Virus record (IMG/VR): IMGVR_UViG_3300005939_000010
Location: 1-59,230 of that record
Direction: 5' to 3' (one strand)
DNA length: 59,230 nucleotides
Source: a virus
Taxonomy: Duplodnaviria; Caudoviricetes
Positions 9,018 to 19,021 of the stretch are shown in pieces (the first letter of the stretch is position 1; each line of letters opens with the position of its first letter). The notes beneath the pieces were generated by a model, which saw nothing but the letters and a program-made list of their open reading frames with translations, made no database searches and was not told the origin of the DNA. The position numbers were made by a program, and so were the translations under genes.

Positions 9018-10766
9018 ATGGCTTGGTTCAAAGGGACGGCTACCGATTACTGGGACTTCATGGATACCCTGAAGAACCTGGTGAAGGATGATCACATCTC
9101 GGCGGCTGCCATTCTGAATGGCGGCACCGGCTTTGCCATTGGCGATACGATCACGCTTGCCGGCGGAACGAAGTATCACGAGCCGGAAGTCGAGGTCATG
9201 GGGATAAACTCCGGTGACTACGTCACTGTCGCCGTAGTTTCGGCTGGAGGGGCGAACTACGCTGTCGGGGATAAGATTATCCCGGCTGCCGGAACCTTCT
9301 CCGTACCTGTTGAACTGGAGGTCCTGACACTCGCTGGAACCGCCGTAGCCACTGTCGCGATTAATAACCCAGGTATCTGCTCTGCACAGCCCTCGAATCC
9401 TGTAGCGACGACCTCGGACGGCATCGGGACCGGCTGTACGATGACCCTTACGTTTGCGGCTGGCACAGGGATTATCACTGCGATCCACATGGCCGACTCC
9501 GGTGTCTACACGGTCCAGGCCACCAACCCAGTCTCCCAGAACACATCCTCCGGATCAGGCACCGGCGCTAAGTTCACCATGACCTATACCGATACCGCCT
9601 GGGAGACCAAGGTGGATTGGGAAGCTGATGAGGCCACCGCCGTCGTGATAGCTGTGGCAGGAACTGGATACGTTGTTGGTGACAAGGTGACGATCGTTGG
9701 CGGCTCAGGCTCTCACGACTGTGTCGTCAATATTGATACCGTCTCTGCCACTGTGCCGACGGCGGTCTCGGTGTACTCGGCTGGTCAATATAAGACCACG
9801 CCGAGCAACCCTGCCTCGACCTCTGGTGGTACCGGCTCCGGTCTGACTCTCACCATGACCTGGACGCCATCAGCAGCAGAGATCAAATACCTAATGATTC
9901 ATAATACCACGTCGGATCAGTACGTCGGGTGGCGTGCCTTTACGCAATCCACACCGGATGCCGCATACCTCCTTGAGTGCACCGGCTTCACCGGCTTCAC
10001 CTCTGATGTGGAAGTCTGGGCAGATCAACCCGGCGCGTTGGGCAATCTAGAAACCTACTGTCCTTTGTCCGGGGGCGCATCACCAGCAACTGTTACCTAT
10101 TGGATTGCCGTTGACGACAACCGAATCGCCGCAGCCTTCAAGGTAGGTTCCGTCTATCCGAATTTCTATGTTGGTGGGATTGACAAATATCTCACAGCCG
10201 ATGAGTATTCCTATCCTCAACTGATTCTTGGTTGTATAGCCGACGAGCTCCCCTACAACTTCAGTGGTGTTGGCTATGCCGGAATGACAAATCCAGGGGC
10301 TGATAATACTGGCTGGGACGGTCCGGGATATTTGCGGACACCAGACGGCACCTGGATCAAGGTGTTGAATTGGTGGGATGATAGCGGGACTCCCCGCCTC
10401 GTTGACACAACCTACGTTGCCGTCGCCCCTGCTGGAGGAACTGAGCACAACCCACCTGCCGGCGCGAACGGTTGGTATGCTGACTACCGTGCCAATTGGC
10501 AGGACATGTTTGGGGTTCAAACCGCCATCGGTGCAGTCTTTCACGATCTTGGCCGAATCAGTAGCGAATTCGTCCTGATCCCGGCAACATTGTCGTACCG
10601 CCCAGACAACGTGATCTATGGGAATATGATTGGGGTGTTCTCTTTCAATCCGGATGGTGACGTCGATTCTGAGGACCGTATCTATGTTGGAACGGCTGTC
10701 TATCGGTGCTTCCAGAACTGCAACAAGACCAACCGAAACTATTTCTTCTGTATAAAGGAAGAATGA
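9018..10766 (+). CDS. tail / baseplate-proximal virion protein with beta-repeat insertion
   Basis: MAWFKGTATDY start as in YuA-like tail proteins; three GGxGY/FxxGD repeats. Confidence 0.7.
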   Translation: MAWFKGTATDYWDFMDTLKNLVKDDHISAAAILNGGTGFAIGDTITLAGGTKYHEPEVEVMGINSGDYVTVAVVSAGGANYAVGDKIIPAAGTFSVPVELEVLTLAGTAVATVAINNPGICSAQPSNPVATTSDGIGTGCTMTLTFAAGTGIITAIHMADSGVYTVQATNPVSQNTSSGSGTGAKFTMTYTDTAWETKVDWEADEATAVVIAVAGTGYVVGDKVTIVGGSGSHDCVVNIDTVSATVPTAVSVYSAGQYKTTPSNPASTSGGTGSGLTLTMTWTPSAAEIKYLMIHNTTSDQYVGWRAFTQSTPDAAYLLECTGFTGFTSDVEVWADQPGALGNLETYCPLSGGASPATVTYWIAVDDNRIAAAFKVGSVYPNFYVGGIDKYLTADEYSYPQLILGCIADELPYNFSGVGYAGMTNPGADNTGWDGPGYLRTPDGTWIKVLNWWDDSGTPRLVDTTYVAVAPAGGTEHNPPAGANGWYADYRANWQDMFGVQTAIGAVFHDLGRISSEFVLIPATLSYRPDNVIYGNMIGVFSFNPDGDVDSEDRIYVGTAVYRCFQNCNKTNRNYFFCIKEE

Positions 10767-11791
10767 TGGCATACCAAACCGGATCATCGACAGGCCAGAC
10801 AGACTTGATCAATAAGCTCCAGACCTTTGCGGCTGCGAACGGGTTCACCGTTAACAACTACGACGCCGGGAACCACTTCTGCTCTATAAGCAGAGCGGCC
10901 GACAACCTGTACTCTACCATCTACTGGGACACTACAACCCACATGGCGATATATCAAGCGCTGGGCTATTCGGGCACCTATGCCCAGCAGCCGTGGAATC
11001 AGGCGAATGACTCTGGCAATGGAAACAGCACTCTTGCACAGATCTACTCTGGACGTAATGTGAACAACATTGGAGCCGGACCCTTCACGTCCTATTACTT
11101 CTTTGCCTACACTGATCCGTATTCCCTACATATCATACTAGAATTCTCCCCTGGGCTTTATCGGCATTTCGGTATGGGCTCATTGCAGAAGTCAAGTACA
11201 TGGACGGGTGGGGCCTACGTCTACGGCCATCACTGGAATAGCCAGAATAGTGGAGCACCACTGGACGATCCTGACGTAGGATACCATTCCGTGTTTCTTG
11301 ACGGGGCGCACGATCCGTCGTACGGCACCTATGGCTACTCAATCAATACCGGAGCAACCCTACATTGTGAGGGCCTACCTAGTCAGCCCAGTGGAGGGAA
11401 GTGGGGTGTCAGTATGTCGGCCTGGGCCAATTACCCACTGGTTGACCGCGCCGCAGTGGATAGGGTCCGCGTCGTGGGAGGTTGCAGAGGTGGGATTGCC
11501 TTGTCGCAATTTGGGTGGCTGCTACCAGACAAGGCAGCAGGCTTCATACCGATTATCCCATTTGAATCTTTCTATGTTGACGGCGACGCAAGCAGCCCTC
11601 CTATCACCTGGCGACACTTGGGAAGGGTCGCGAACGTAGGCCACATCCACCTGCATGGTATTGATCCAGCTGAGGAGCTGACCGTTGGCCCCGATACCTG
11701 GACAGCCTTTCCGGCTGTGCGTAAGGCCATGGTCGGCGGCAACAATCAGGAGTCCTGGAACATGGGTATCATCTACCGAAAGGTGACATAA
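10766..11791 (+). CDS. virion structural (tail) protein
   Basis: MAYQTGSSTGQTDL start and EFSPGLYRHFGMG motif; translationally coupled. Confidence 0.7.
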   Translation: MAYQTGSSTGQTDLINKLQTFAAANGFTVNNYDAGNHFCSISRAADNLYSTIYWDTTTHMAIYQALGYSGTYAQQPWNQANDSGNGNSTLAQIYSGRNVNNIGAGPFTSYYFFAYTDPYSLHIILEFSPGLYRHFGMGSLQKSSTWTGGAYVYGHHWNSQNSGAPLDDPDVGYHSVFLDGAHDPSYGTYGYSINTGATLHCEGLPSQPSGGKWGVSMSAWANYPLVDRAAVDRVRVVGGCRGGIALSQFGWLLPDKAAGFIPIIPFESFYVDGDASSPPITWRHLGRVANVGHIHLHGIDPAEELTVGPDTWTAFPAVRKAMVGGNNQESWNMGIIYRKVT

Positions 11792-12177
11792 TGTCTCTCT
11801 CCGATTACCTTGAAAACTGGCTGTTGACGCAGCTGATGGCAGGCAAAACGTTCTTTGTGGGATACGGCTCCGCCGGTGGAGAAAGCTCCTTCACGGAATT
11901 CTCTAGCAACGGATACGCGCGTAAAGCCTATGGCGCTTACACTGTCACGTCAACACCTGGCGATGACCAACATGTGACGAACGACGCGGCCATCACGCAT
12001 GCTGCGGCAACAGGCACCCAAGGCACAGCCACGCATGTCGGTATTTGGGATGCCCTGACGGCTGGTAATCTTCTCGCTGTTGTGTCCTTCGCGGAGTTGG
12101 GTCTAGCCAATGTGTCGGTCATCACTGGAACTCAGATTGAGTATCCCGCTGGTAAGTGTAAACTCCAGATTGACTGA
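11791..12177 (+). CDS. small tail-fibre-associated protein
   Basis: MSLSDYLEN...GYAR...THVGIWDALTAGNLL pattern common in phage tail proteins. Confidence 0.7.
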   Translation: MSLSDYLENWLLTQLMAGKTFFVGYGSAGGESSFTEFSSNGYARKAYGAYTVTSTPGDDQHVTNDAAITHAAATGTQGTATHVGIWDALTAGNLLAVVSFAELGLANVSVITGTQIEYPAGKCKLQID

Positions 12178-12185
12178 GGCTACCT

Positions 12186-14666
12186 ATGTCTGTTGCCCTG
12201 AATGGCTCAACCCAGTTCCTCGACATTGCAACTCCTAAGTCTGGATTTCCATTCTCGGTATCGTTCTGGTTCAAGACAACCGATGTCTCTCAGGGTGGAG
12301 CAAATGCGACGCTCGTCTCAAACGACACCGGGACCTCTGGCAGTCAGAACATAAGCCTGCTGAGTGGGCTGACAGCAAACTATCCGGTGACTGCATTTTC
12401 CTACGCCACCTCGTGGTCCACTGCCTATCAGGTGTCGCCATGGCCTGCCAATAGCACGTGGCACCATGTTACGGTAGTGTGGACAAGTTCCTCCAGTCGC
12501 CATGTGCTATTGGACGGAGCATCAAAGGGAACCGGGGGAGGCTCACAAAACACAACAGGCATAAGCTACTTCTCCGTTGGAGCAAGGTTCCGCAATACTC
12601 CGAGTGTCTTCTACAGCGGCTCTATAGCTGAGGTTGTATTCTACGGTTCTGCCCTTTCTGATGCCAATGCAGTCTTACTGGCCAGTGGTACAAACCCCCA
12701 GGACGTGGACGCTGTCAACATCCTAGGCTACTGGACGCTCTATGACGACAACTCAGAAGAGCTTGGTGGGACATCCCTTACTGAGCACGCCTCTCCAACC
12801 TACGCAACTGGTGATCACCCCACAATCAGCGCTGCGGCTGGGACAACCCAGCGGGACATCCAGTTCGACGGCGAAGGCTCGCTGATTGTCACACCAAAGA
12901 TCATCCAGTACCTGGACATCCAGTTCGACGGCGAAGGCTCTCTGATTGTTGAGCCTGGTGTCAGTAACATCAATCATCTAGGCTATGTCTTCCCGTCGCC
13001 TCTCATAGTGAAGCAACCGGATTGGGACCTTGGCTGTGACCAAGGCTCGATAACACCATGGGACAAGGCGATACCGACAGTACTTGATCCATTGGTTTCC
13101 GAGGGCATCGAGCATCAAGTAACAACGACTCCGATGGACCAGAAGAAGCATGTCGGAACTGGCATTTTCACTCCGGTGGAAACCCCATGGTTCGAGCATG
13201 CCCACATGCTCCCACGCGTGGTGCAGAATGTTGGCAACGTAGTCACCGAGCAATCGATTCTGTGCGAGCTCTACAACGCCGACCGGAAAGAGCTGATCAC
13301 AGTTTCGTCAATCACCGACAACCTGGGCGTCGGGTTCCAAGTCATAGGTGTTCCGGCGACTCCATTCAATATAGCATCTCAGGATAGTTTGTCCTTCTCG
13401 ATCAAGGTTCTCCAGTCAGGTGACTTCTCAATTGACGGCGAATATACCATGACGCTGTCAACTGGTGAGGAGTACACCATCTACATCATTGGTAGTCGTA
13501 TTGTCCTTCTACCAGTTCGCCCAGAGGCACCACTGAAGGAGCACCTAATATTCGACACCAAGATCATCGACCATGTGGATGCGTCCGAGCAGCGGATCAT
13601 GAATCGGAAGTATCCGCGAAGTGAATTTGAGATGCGATTCAAGGGTGATGATCGCAAGCGCCTTGAGCTCTTGCTGTTTGATCGACAGTCGAAGGTCATA
13701 GCGGTTCCGGCCTGGCACGAACCGGCCTTCTTGGGTTCGGCTGGGGCAACGGTCGGGACTGACACGATCACAGTTAACACCACAGACTATGCCAACTTCT
13801 TTGTTGGTGGCTATGCTGTTATCCTTCAGGATGAGCACGTCTTTGACGCTTTGAAGATCGATGCCATAACAGCTACTACCATACAGTTCTCGTCTAATTT
13901 GGCAAACAGCTATTCCCAAAACACGCAGGTCTTGCCCCTGATGACAGCCTACACCATGCCGACAACACCTATGGTGAAGGCCGTCTATAATGATCAAGAC
14001 TTCAATGTACGCCTGAAGGTACATGCCTCGGAGAACGATATTGCCTCAGCGGATGCCTTCTCCACCTATAACGGCAAGACCTTTCTTGACGACCCGAACC
14101 TTGTGGAGCGTGACCTGAAGGAGACTCTCGAAACAAAGGTCTACGTCCTGGATAACGGGACCGGCGACTTGGAGCAGTTTGCTGTGTGGGACCACGCAAT
14201 GCGGCACAGCCGTAAGGGATTCAAGACGAACAACCGGCAGGAATTGTGGGAGCTCCGGCAGCTGTTTCACTATCTCAAAGGCAGGCAGGTCTCCCTCTAC
14301 ATCCCAACATTCTCCAAAGATCTGGTGCCAAACCAGACTTTGCTCAACGCCAACAGCACCTTCACAATGGACCACATCGGCTATACGGTAAACGCTCACC
14401 AGCGATGGCCGAAGCAGGTATTCAGAATGCACCTCCTAGACGGTACGATCTTGGTCAGAACGATCCAAGGCTCCGCCGAGGTAAGTGGATCCGTAGAGCA
14501 ACTCACCGTGGATTTAGCATGGCCGTACGATATCGAACCGGAAGACATCGAGCGCGTTGAGTTTCTCGAGAAGATCCGACTGGACACGGACGATATAATA
14601 ATCGTACACCACAATGCTCTCGGGGAGTCCCAGAGCATAGTCGCCACGAAGGAGGTTAGTGACTGA
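12186..14666 (+). CDS. tail protein, N-terminal LamG domain fused to distal-tail-like domain
   Basis: FSVSFWFK, WHHVTVVW, YSGSIAEVVFY LamG motifs; C-terminal SEQR...YLKGRQVSLYIPTF region. Confidence 0.75.
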   Translation: MSVALNGSTQFLDIATPKSGFPFSVSFWFKTTDVSQGGANATLVSNDTGTSGSQNISLLSGLTANYPVTAFSYATSWSTAYQVSPWPANSTWHHVTVVWTSSSSRHVLLDGASKGTGGGSQNTTGISYFSVGARFRNTPSVFYSGSIAEVVFYGSALSDANAVLLASGTNPQDVDAVNILGYWTLYDDNSEELGGTSLTEHASPTYATGDHPTISAAAGTTQRDIQFDGEGSLIVTPKIIQYLDIQFDGEGSLIVEPGVSNINHLGYVFPSPLIVKQPDWDLGCDQGSITPWDKAIPTVLDPLVSEGIEHQVTTTPMDQKKHVGTGIFTPVETPWFEHAHMLPRVVQNVGNVVTEQSILCELYNADRKELITVSSITDNLGVGFQVIGVPATPFNIASQDSLSFSIKVLQSGDFSIDGEYTMTLSTGEEYTIYIIGSRIVLLPVRPEAPLKEHLIFDTKIIDHVDASEQRIMNRKYPRSEFEMRFKGDDRKRLELLLFDRQSKVIAVPAWHEPAFLGSAGATVGTDTITVNTTDYANFFVGGYAVILQDEHVFDALKIDAITATTIQFSSNLANSYSQNTQVLPLMTAYTMPTTPMVKAVYNDQDFNVRLKVHASENDIASADAFSTYNGKTFLDDPNLVERDLKETLETKVYVLDNGTGDLEQFAVWDHAMRHSRKGFKTNNRQELWELRQLFHYLKGRQVSLYIPTFSKDLVPNQTLLNANSTFTMDHIGYTVNAHQRWPKQVFRMHLLDGTILVRTIQGSAEVSGSVEQLTVDLAWPYDIEPEDIERVEFLEKIRLDTDDIIIVHHNALGESQSIVATKEVSD
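12854..12949 (+). repeat. 36-bp direct repeat, 60-bp period (DIQFDGEGSLIV x2)
   Basis: GGACATCCAGTTCGACGGCGAAGGCTC(G/T)CTGATTGT at 12854 and 12914. Confidence 0.9.
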
Positions 14667-15463
14667 TGTCGTACGATGCCTTTGAAGATGCTCAAGAGAC
14701 CGGAGGTAAGATTGAATTCTACACCCTTACCATCGGCAATGAGATATACCGGATGCATGACGACATCGCGGCAACGATCAATATCGCCGGTGACCTCTTC
14801 TATCCGGTGACGGTCAGCCGTGGCCATATTGCTACTGGCGTTGAACACTTGACGATCACCCTCCCGGGAGACCATCTCTTCTCACGGAAGTTCACCAAGA
14901 TCGCTCCTGGGCAGACTGCCACCCTTACGATCCAAGCCTACCATCTGGGTGATACCGCAGACCTGAGGGTCATATACAAAGGCGTCATCCGGTCGGTCGC
15001 GTTCACGAATGGTATGTCTAGTTCTTCATTGTCTATCGTCCCTATCAGTGAGGCCTTCAGTAAAGAAATTCCAGAGAGAACCTTTCAGGCCTCCTGTAAC
15101 AACATATTGTTTGACCCAAACTGCAAGATTTCAGCAGGAGCGAACTACTACGAGACCGCAGTGACTGTGGAGACCGGCAATCTAATTACGCTCCCAGGCC
15201 TTAACACAGCCAAGGGTAATGGGTGGTGCACCGGTGGCTTCGTTGGCTATGGAGTTTTGGACTACCGACTTATTCTTGAACAGGCCGCAGACGTTCTGAC
15301 GCTGGCTCTACCGTTCTACGAAACGGTATTGGCTGCGACCGTCACAGCCTACGCTGGTTGCGACCGATCGATTGGGACATGCAGTTCTAAGTTTGGCAAC
15401 TCCCTTAACTTCGGAGGCTGCCCATACGTACCAACCAAAAACATCTTTGCGACGGGGTTGTAA
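14666..15463 (+). CDS. tail hub / assembly protein (DUF2163, BR0599-like)
   Basis: C-N-I-L-F-D-P-N-C and AGCDRSIGTCSSKFGNSLNFGGCPYVP cysteine motifs. Confidence 0.85.
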   Translation: MSYDAFEDAQETGGKIEFYTLTIGNEIYRMHDDIAATINIAGDLFYPVTVSRGHIATGVEHLTITLPGDHLFSRKFTKIAPGQTATLTIQAYHLGDTADLRVIYKGVIRSVAFTNGMSSSSLSIVPISEAFSKEIPERTFQASCNNILFDPNCKISAGANYYETAVTVETGNLITLPGLNTAKGNGWCTGGFVGYGVLDYRLILEQAADVLTLALPFYETVLAATVTAYAGCDRSIGTCSSKFGNSLNFGGCPYVPTKNIFATGL

Positions 15464-15464
15464 T

Positions 15465-18251
15465 ATGGCTTTCTGGCTGATGTTCTTCTTTTGGGCAGCT
15501 TCCTTTGCTGTCTCCCAACTTCTGGCGCCGAAGCCGGACATCGAACATGCGAAGGCTGCCACCCTGGATCAATTCACTTTCCCGACGGCGACCGAGGGGC
15601 GGATCATTCCTCTGGGCTGGGGGACCTTCCGCATCCGTGGCCCCAACGTCATCTGGTATGGAGACTATCTTGCTCGTCCGATCACAGAGAAGATCAACAC
15701 AAGTCTCTTCAATAGTAAGCGCATCACAATTGGCCATAACTACTACTTAGGTATTCAGTTCGGCCTTTGTCTTGGCCCAGTGGCGTTGCGGAAGATCTGG
15801 ATCGGGGACGAACTTGTCTGGTCCGGCAACCAAGCCACCGATGGCGACATAACGATCGACGAGAAAGAAGTCAGGGGCACGTTCTCCTTCTACACTGGTT
15901 CAAAGACGCAGGCCCAGGATCCTTATCTGGCTGTCCACCAAAGCCCATGCCCAGGGTATCGGAACCTGTCCTACGGCGTCCTGAAACAGGGATTCGTAGG
16001 GCCCTCCACTTCGATCAAGCCTTGGTCCTTTGAGGTCTCGCGAATCCCTACTGGCTACACCAGTTATCCGACGGTCAATACCTACGACGCCAACCTGATG
16101 GAAGTCGCCGCAGAACTCCTGACCAATACGGAATGGGGATATGGCTACTCTGCCGCCGAGATCAACACAACCGACTTCTCAGCAGCCGGGGCAACCCTCT
16201 ATAATGAGGGAAACGGATTCAGCTACGTTCTTCAGCAGCAGATGAAGGCCACACAACTGTTGGCTGAACTCGAACGACAAGGGGATATGAAATTTCGCAT
16301 CGATCCGACGACGGGGAAATGGCGTGTCGCCCTTGCCCGTGACGGCTATAGTCTACCATCCCTACGGACCCTAGACTCGACCAACTTGAAGGAGGTTGTT
16401 GATTTCTCTCGAGGTGGATGGGAGCAGACCATCAACTCTGTGCGGATAGGGTATGAGCGGCGGTCCAATAATTACGGGACGAGTTATGCTCCGGCTCAGG
16501 ACGGTGCTAACCTCCAGATCCAAGGTCGGGTTGTGCCGGCAACATGGACCTATCCCGGAGTAAAGGATGACGCTCTTGCAAACAAGGTCTCATGGCGAGA
16601 ACTACGGTCCAACTCTTATCCCCTGGCCAAGGGCCGGTTCAAGGTAGATCGGTCCTTCTGGGATGCTTACGTTGGTGAGGTCTTCGCCCTTACCTATACG
16701 ATCAGAGATCTGACGATCACCAATCTGCCGATGCGCATCACGCGGCTGGACACAGGCAATAAGAAGGATCCCGAGATACTTGTGGATGCGGTTCAGGATG
16801 TCTTCTCCTGGAGGGCTGCCTCTTTTGCCGATCCGGATACTACCAGTTGGGTTGCGCCAGTGAAGACCCTGATCCCCTTCCCGACTGCAGAGCAGCTGGC
16901 CTTTGAGGCTCCCTATGCTATCTCCCGTCGTGATCTCTATCCGTCGGAGGGCCGCATCTGGGTCACTGGTGAGAACCAAGGCCGGGGCGCAACCGGCTTC
17001 ACCATACTACAGCGAAACGGTTCAGGCACACCGTCCGGCTCCTACTATAATGCCGGCGGATCCCAAGGCTTCGCTTTCACCGGAGTCCTAGACGGCGCTG
17101 TCGATAACGATGACACCACAATAGACATTACGACCGACATGAACGTTGCTGAGATCCTAGCCACAACGATCAACGACATCGGTAACAACCTGACCAACCT
17201 TGTTCTGATCGGTGATGAGTTCGTCTCCTGCACAGGCGCGTCGGTGATCTCCGGCGGTATACAGCTCACCGGTTGCTATCGCGGCCTCCTTGACTCGGCT
17301 CAGCAATCCCACGCGGATGCAGTGGATGTCTGGTTCATCAACGCTGGTGGTGACTTGACAGACACAGCCTTCACCATTACCCATACTGTCGACCTGAAGC
17401 TCCTGCCGTTTGATCAGGCCGGCAACCAGGTCTCGGACAGTGACGGAGCTCTCGTTGTCCTTCAGGAAACCTTGGTGTCCCGGGAGCGAAGACCGTATCC
17501 GCCGACCTTTGCGAAGATTGGCGGAGTCCAGTATCCATCGTCTGGTGGTCTTGATTCCCAATGGGGTAGTACGGAAGACACGAAGGGCCTGAAGATCGAG
17601 TGGAACCGTCGGGACTTCCGTATCTATGACGAACTGTCACAGTATGCGGTGGACGCGTCCACGATCAACAGCGATTTCCCAACCAACAACACGACCGAGT
17701 ATGCGGTCGAAGTATGGAACGATCCAGACGGGACACCAACGCTCCTATTCACGACTGGGTGGGACGCGGCGGCGCCAGACTATGCCTACCGAACGGAGAT
17801 CCTTCGGTACACCGACGGCGTGATCCCGACGCGGATGCGTATAAAGATCAAGACGCGGCACACACATACGACTGTAGTCTATGAGGCTACCCAAACCCTG
17901 GACTGGGACTTCGACATAACAAGCACCCAGTTTACCGGCGACAAGAACTGGGGCACGCTGGCTGCCTCAACTGCCTCGAGCACCTGGACGGCGCCAGACA
18001 CTGGCACCTATGCTTTCGCTGTAGCGACGGCGCTTAATGCTTCTGCCAAGGTTCAGGCCCGAATCAACAGTGGCTCCTGGGTCGACGTCATCACTGCCGG
18101 AGGCCTGGCTGGGAACCTTGTAGGTGTGACTGCAGCCGACACAATCGAGGTCCAACACGACGACTCCACGACCGGAGGCCAAACCCTCCTTACCGTAGGA
18201 TCCCCAACGTCGGCCGAGGATGCCTACGCCATACTGGCACTCAATTCCTAA
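15465..18251 (+). CDS. tail tip / central fibre (host specificity) protein
   Basis: FPTATEGRIIPLGWGT.RI.GPNVIWYGD N-terminus; about 928 aa; last tail gene. Confidence 0.85.
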   Translation: MAFWLMFFFWAASFAVSQLLAPKPDIEHAKAATLDQFTFPTATEGRIIPLGWGTFRIRGPNVIWYGDYLARPITEKINTSLFNSKRITIGHNYYLGIQFGLCLGPVALRKIWIGDELVWSGNQATDGDITIDEKEVRGTFSFYTGSKTQAQDPYLAVHQSPCPGYRNLSYGVLKQGFVGPSTSIKPWSFEVSRIPTGYTSYPTVNTYDANLMEVAAELLTNTEWGYGYSAAEINTTDFSAAGATLYNEGNGFSYVLQQQMKATQLLAELERQGDMKFRIDPTTGKWRVALARDGYSLPSLRTLDSTNLKEVVDFSRGGWEQTINSVRIGYERRSNNYGTSYAPAQDGANLQIQGRVVPATWTYPGVKDDALANKVSWRELRSNSYPLAKGRFKVDRSFWDAYVGEVFALTYTIRDLTITNLPMRITRLDTGNKKDPEILVDAVQDVFSWRAASFADPDTTSWVAPVKTLIPFPTAEQLAFEAPYAISRRDLYPSEGRIWVTGENQGRGATGFTILQRNGSGTPSGSYYNAGGSQGFAFTGVLDGAVDNDDTTIDITTDMNVAEILATTINDIGNNLTNLVLIGDEFVSCTGASVISGGIQLTGCYRGLLDSAQQSHADAVDVWFINAGGDLTDTAFTITHTVDLKLLPFDQAGNQVSDSDGALVVLQETLVSRERRPYPPTFAKIGGVQYPSSGGLDSQWGSTEDTKGLKIEWNRRDFRIYDELSQYAVDASTINSDFPTNNTTEYAVEVWNDPDGTPTLLFTTGWDAAAPDYAYRTEILRYTDGVIPTRMRIKIKTRHTHTTVVYEATQTLDWDFDITSTQFTGDKNWGTLAASTASSTWTAPDTGTYAFAVATALNASAKVQARINSGSWVDVITAGGLAGNLVGVTAADTIEVQHDDSTTGGQTLLTVGSPTSAEDAYAILALNS

Positions 18252-18339
18252 CGACGACAACCGTGCCAACAGGCCTGACTGAATGCGAGCCCTGGGGACC
18301 CTCTCCTGGGCTCTCATTCGTTCTGGGCTATAATAGTAC

Positions 18340-18627
18340 ATGGCTGACAACGAGACTACCAACAAGCATGTCCTCCTCTCCGACGAAGAGATCAGCGCTC
18401 TCGTTTCCGACGCGGTTCAGCGAGGCGTTCATGAAGGCCTCCTCCGGGTTGGCATTGACACCACCGATCCGATCCAGCTTCAGCGGGACTTCCAATTTGT
18501 CCGCGATCTCCGCAAGACTGCCGACTCAATCAAGTCAAGGGCCCTCCTCACCGCAGTCGGTATAATCGTTGTTGGTACTATAACCATTGCATGGCTTGGT
18601 ATCCGTACAATCTTTAAGACCCCGTAA
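18340..18627 (+). CDS. small membrane protein, holin-like
   Basis: 95 aa with one C-terminal hydrophobic helix; end of late region; TATAAT just upstream. Confidence 0.5.
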   Translation: MADNETTNKHVLLSDEEISALVSDAVQRGVHEGLLRVGIDTTDPIQLQRDFQFVRDLRKTADSIKSRALLTAVGIIVVGTITIAWLGIRTIFKTP

Positions 18628-18649
18628 ATCCCTCTAGACCTACCAACTT

Positions 18650-18928
18650 CGACTCTACCTTGCCCGCGCGACTCTACCTTGGTCTGAAGGTAGAGTCGGA
18701 CCCTGTGTCCCCTGCAATCAGGATAGCGCCCAGCCGACTTCGCCTACTCTACCTACTCTACCTTGTCCCAACTTCCACAGCTGGATGCCCAGGAGACTCT
18801 ACCTTGGTACTCGATACCTTATTCTTTCTTTCAAGGTAGAGTAGGTAGAGTAGGTAGAGTCTGACCTTGTCGATACTAGACTTACGCGCGACTCTACCTC
18901 GACTCTACCTTGCAAGGTAGAGTCGCAG
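18650..18928. repeat. iteron-like pseudo-palindromic element A (12 x ACTCTACCT, both orientations)
   Basis: 7 forward and 5 reverse copies; 23-bp inverted repeat 18743-18765/18832-18854; perfect 26-bp palindrome 18900-18925. Confidence 0.92.
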
Positions 18929-18947
18929 ATATTTTTGATGGATTCCG

Positions 18948-19021
18948 TTTTGCTTTCAGGAGATGTAGCTTATACTTAATGTAGAGAGAAGAGAACCCTA
19001 CTAAGTAAAAGGGGTGAAACC
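18948..19021 (+). promoter_or_regulatory. early promoter cassette (TTTTGCTT-N15-TATACT, 5' stem-loop, RBS)
   Basis: TTGCTT 18950-55, TATACT 18971-76; leader nearly identical to 49441-49494. Confidence 0.75.

Noticed and set aside
9018-18251. Diversity-generating retroelement targeting tail genes
   Set aside because: No reverse transcriptase and no adenine-specific TR/VR pair; the 36-bp repeat differs by a single G/T
18900-18925. Protelomerase telRL site
   Set aside because: The palindrome is perfect but short, and no protelomerase or partition genes were recognised
18650-18928. CRISPR array (also considered for 54045-54328 and 55051-55218)
   Set aside because: Repeat units are only 9-13 bp, in mixed orientation in A and B, irregularly spaced, with no uniform spacers and no cas genes
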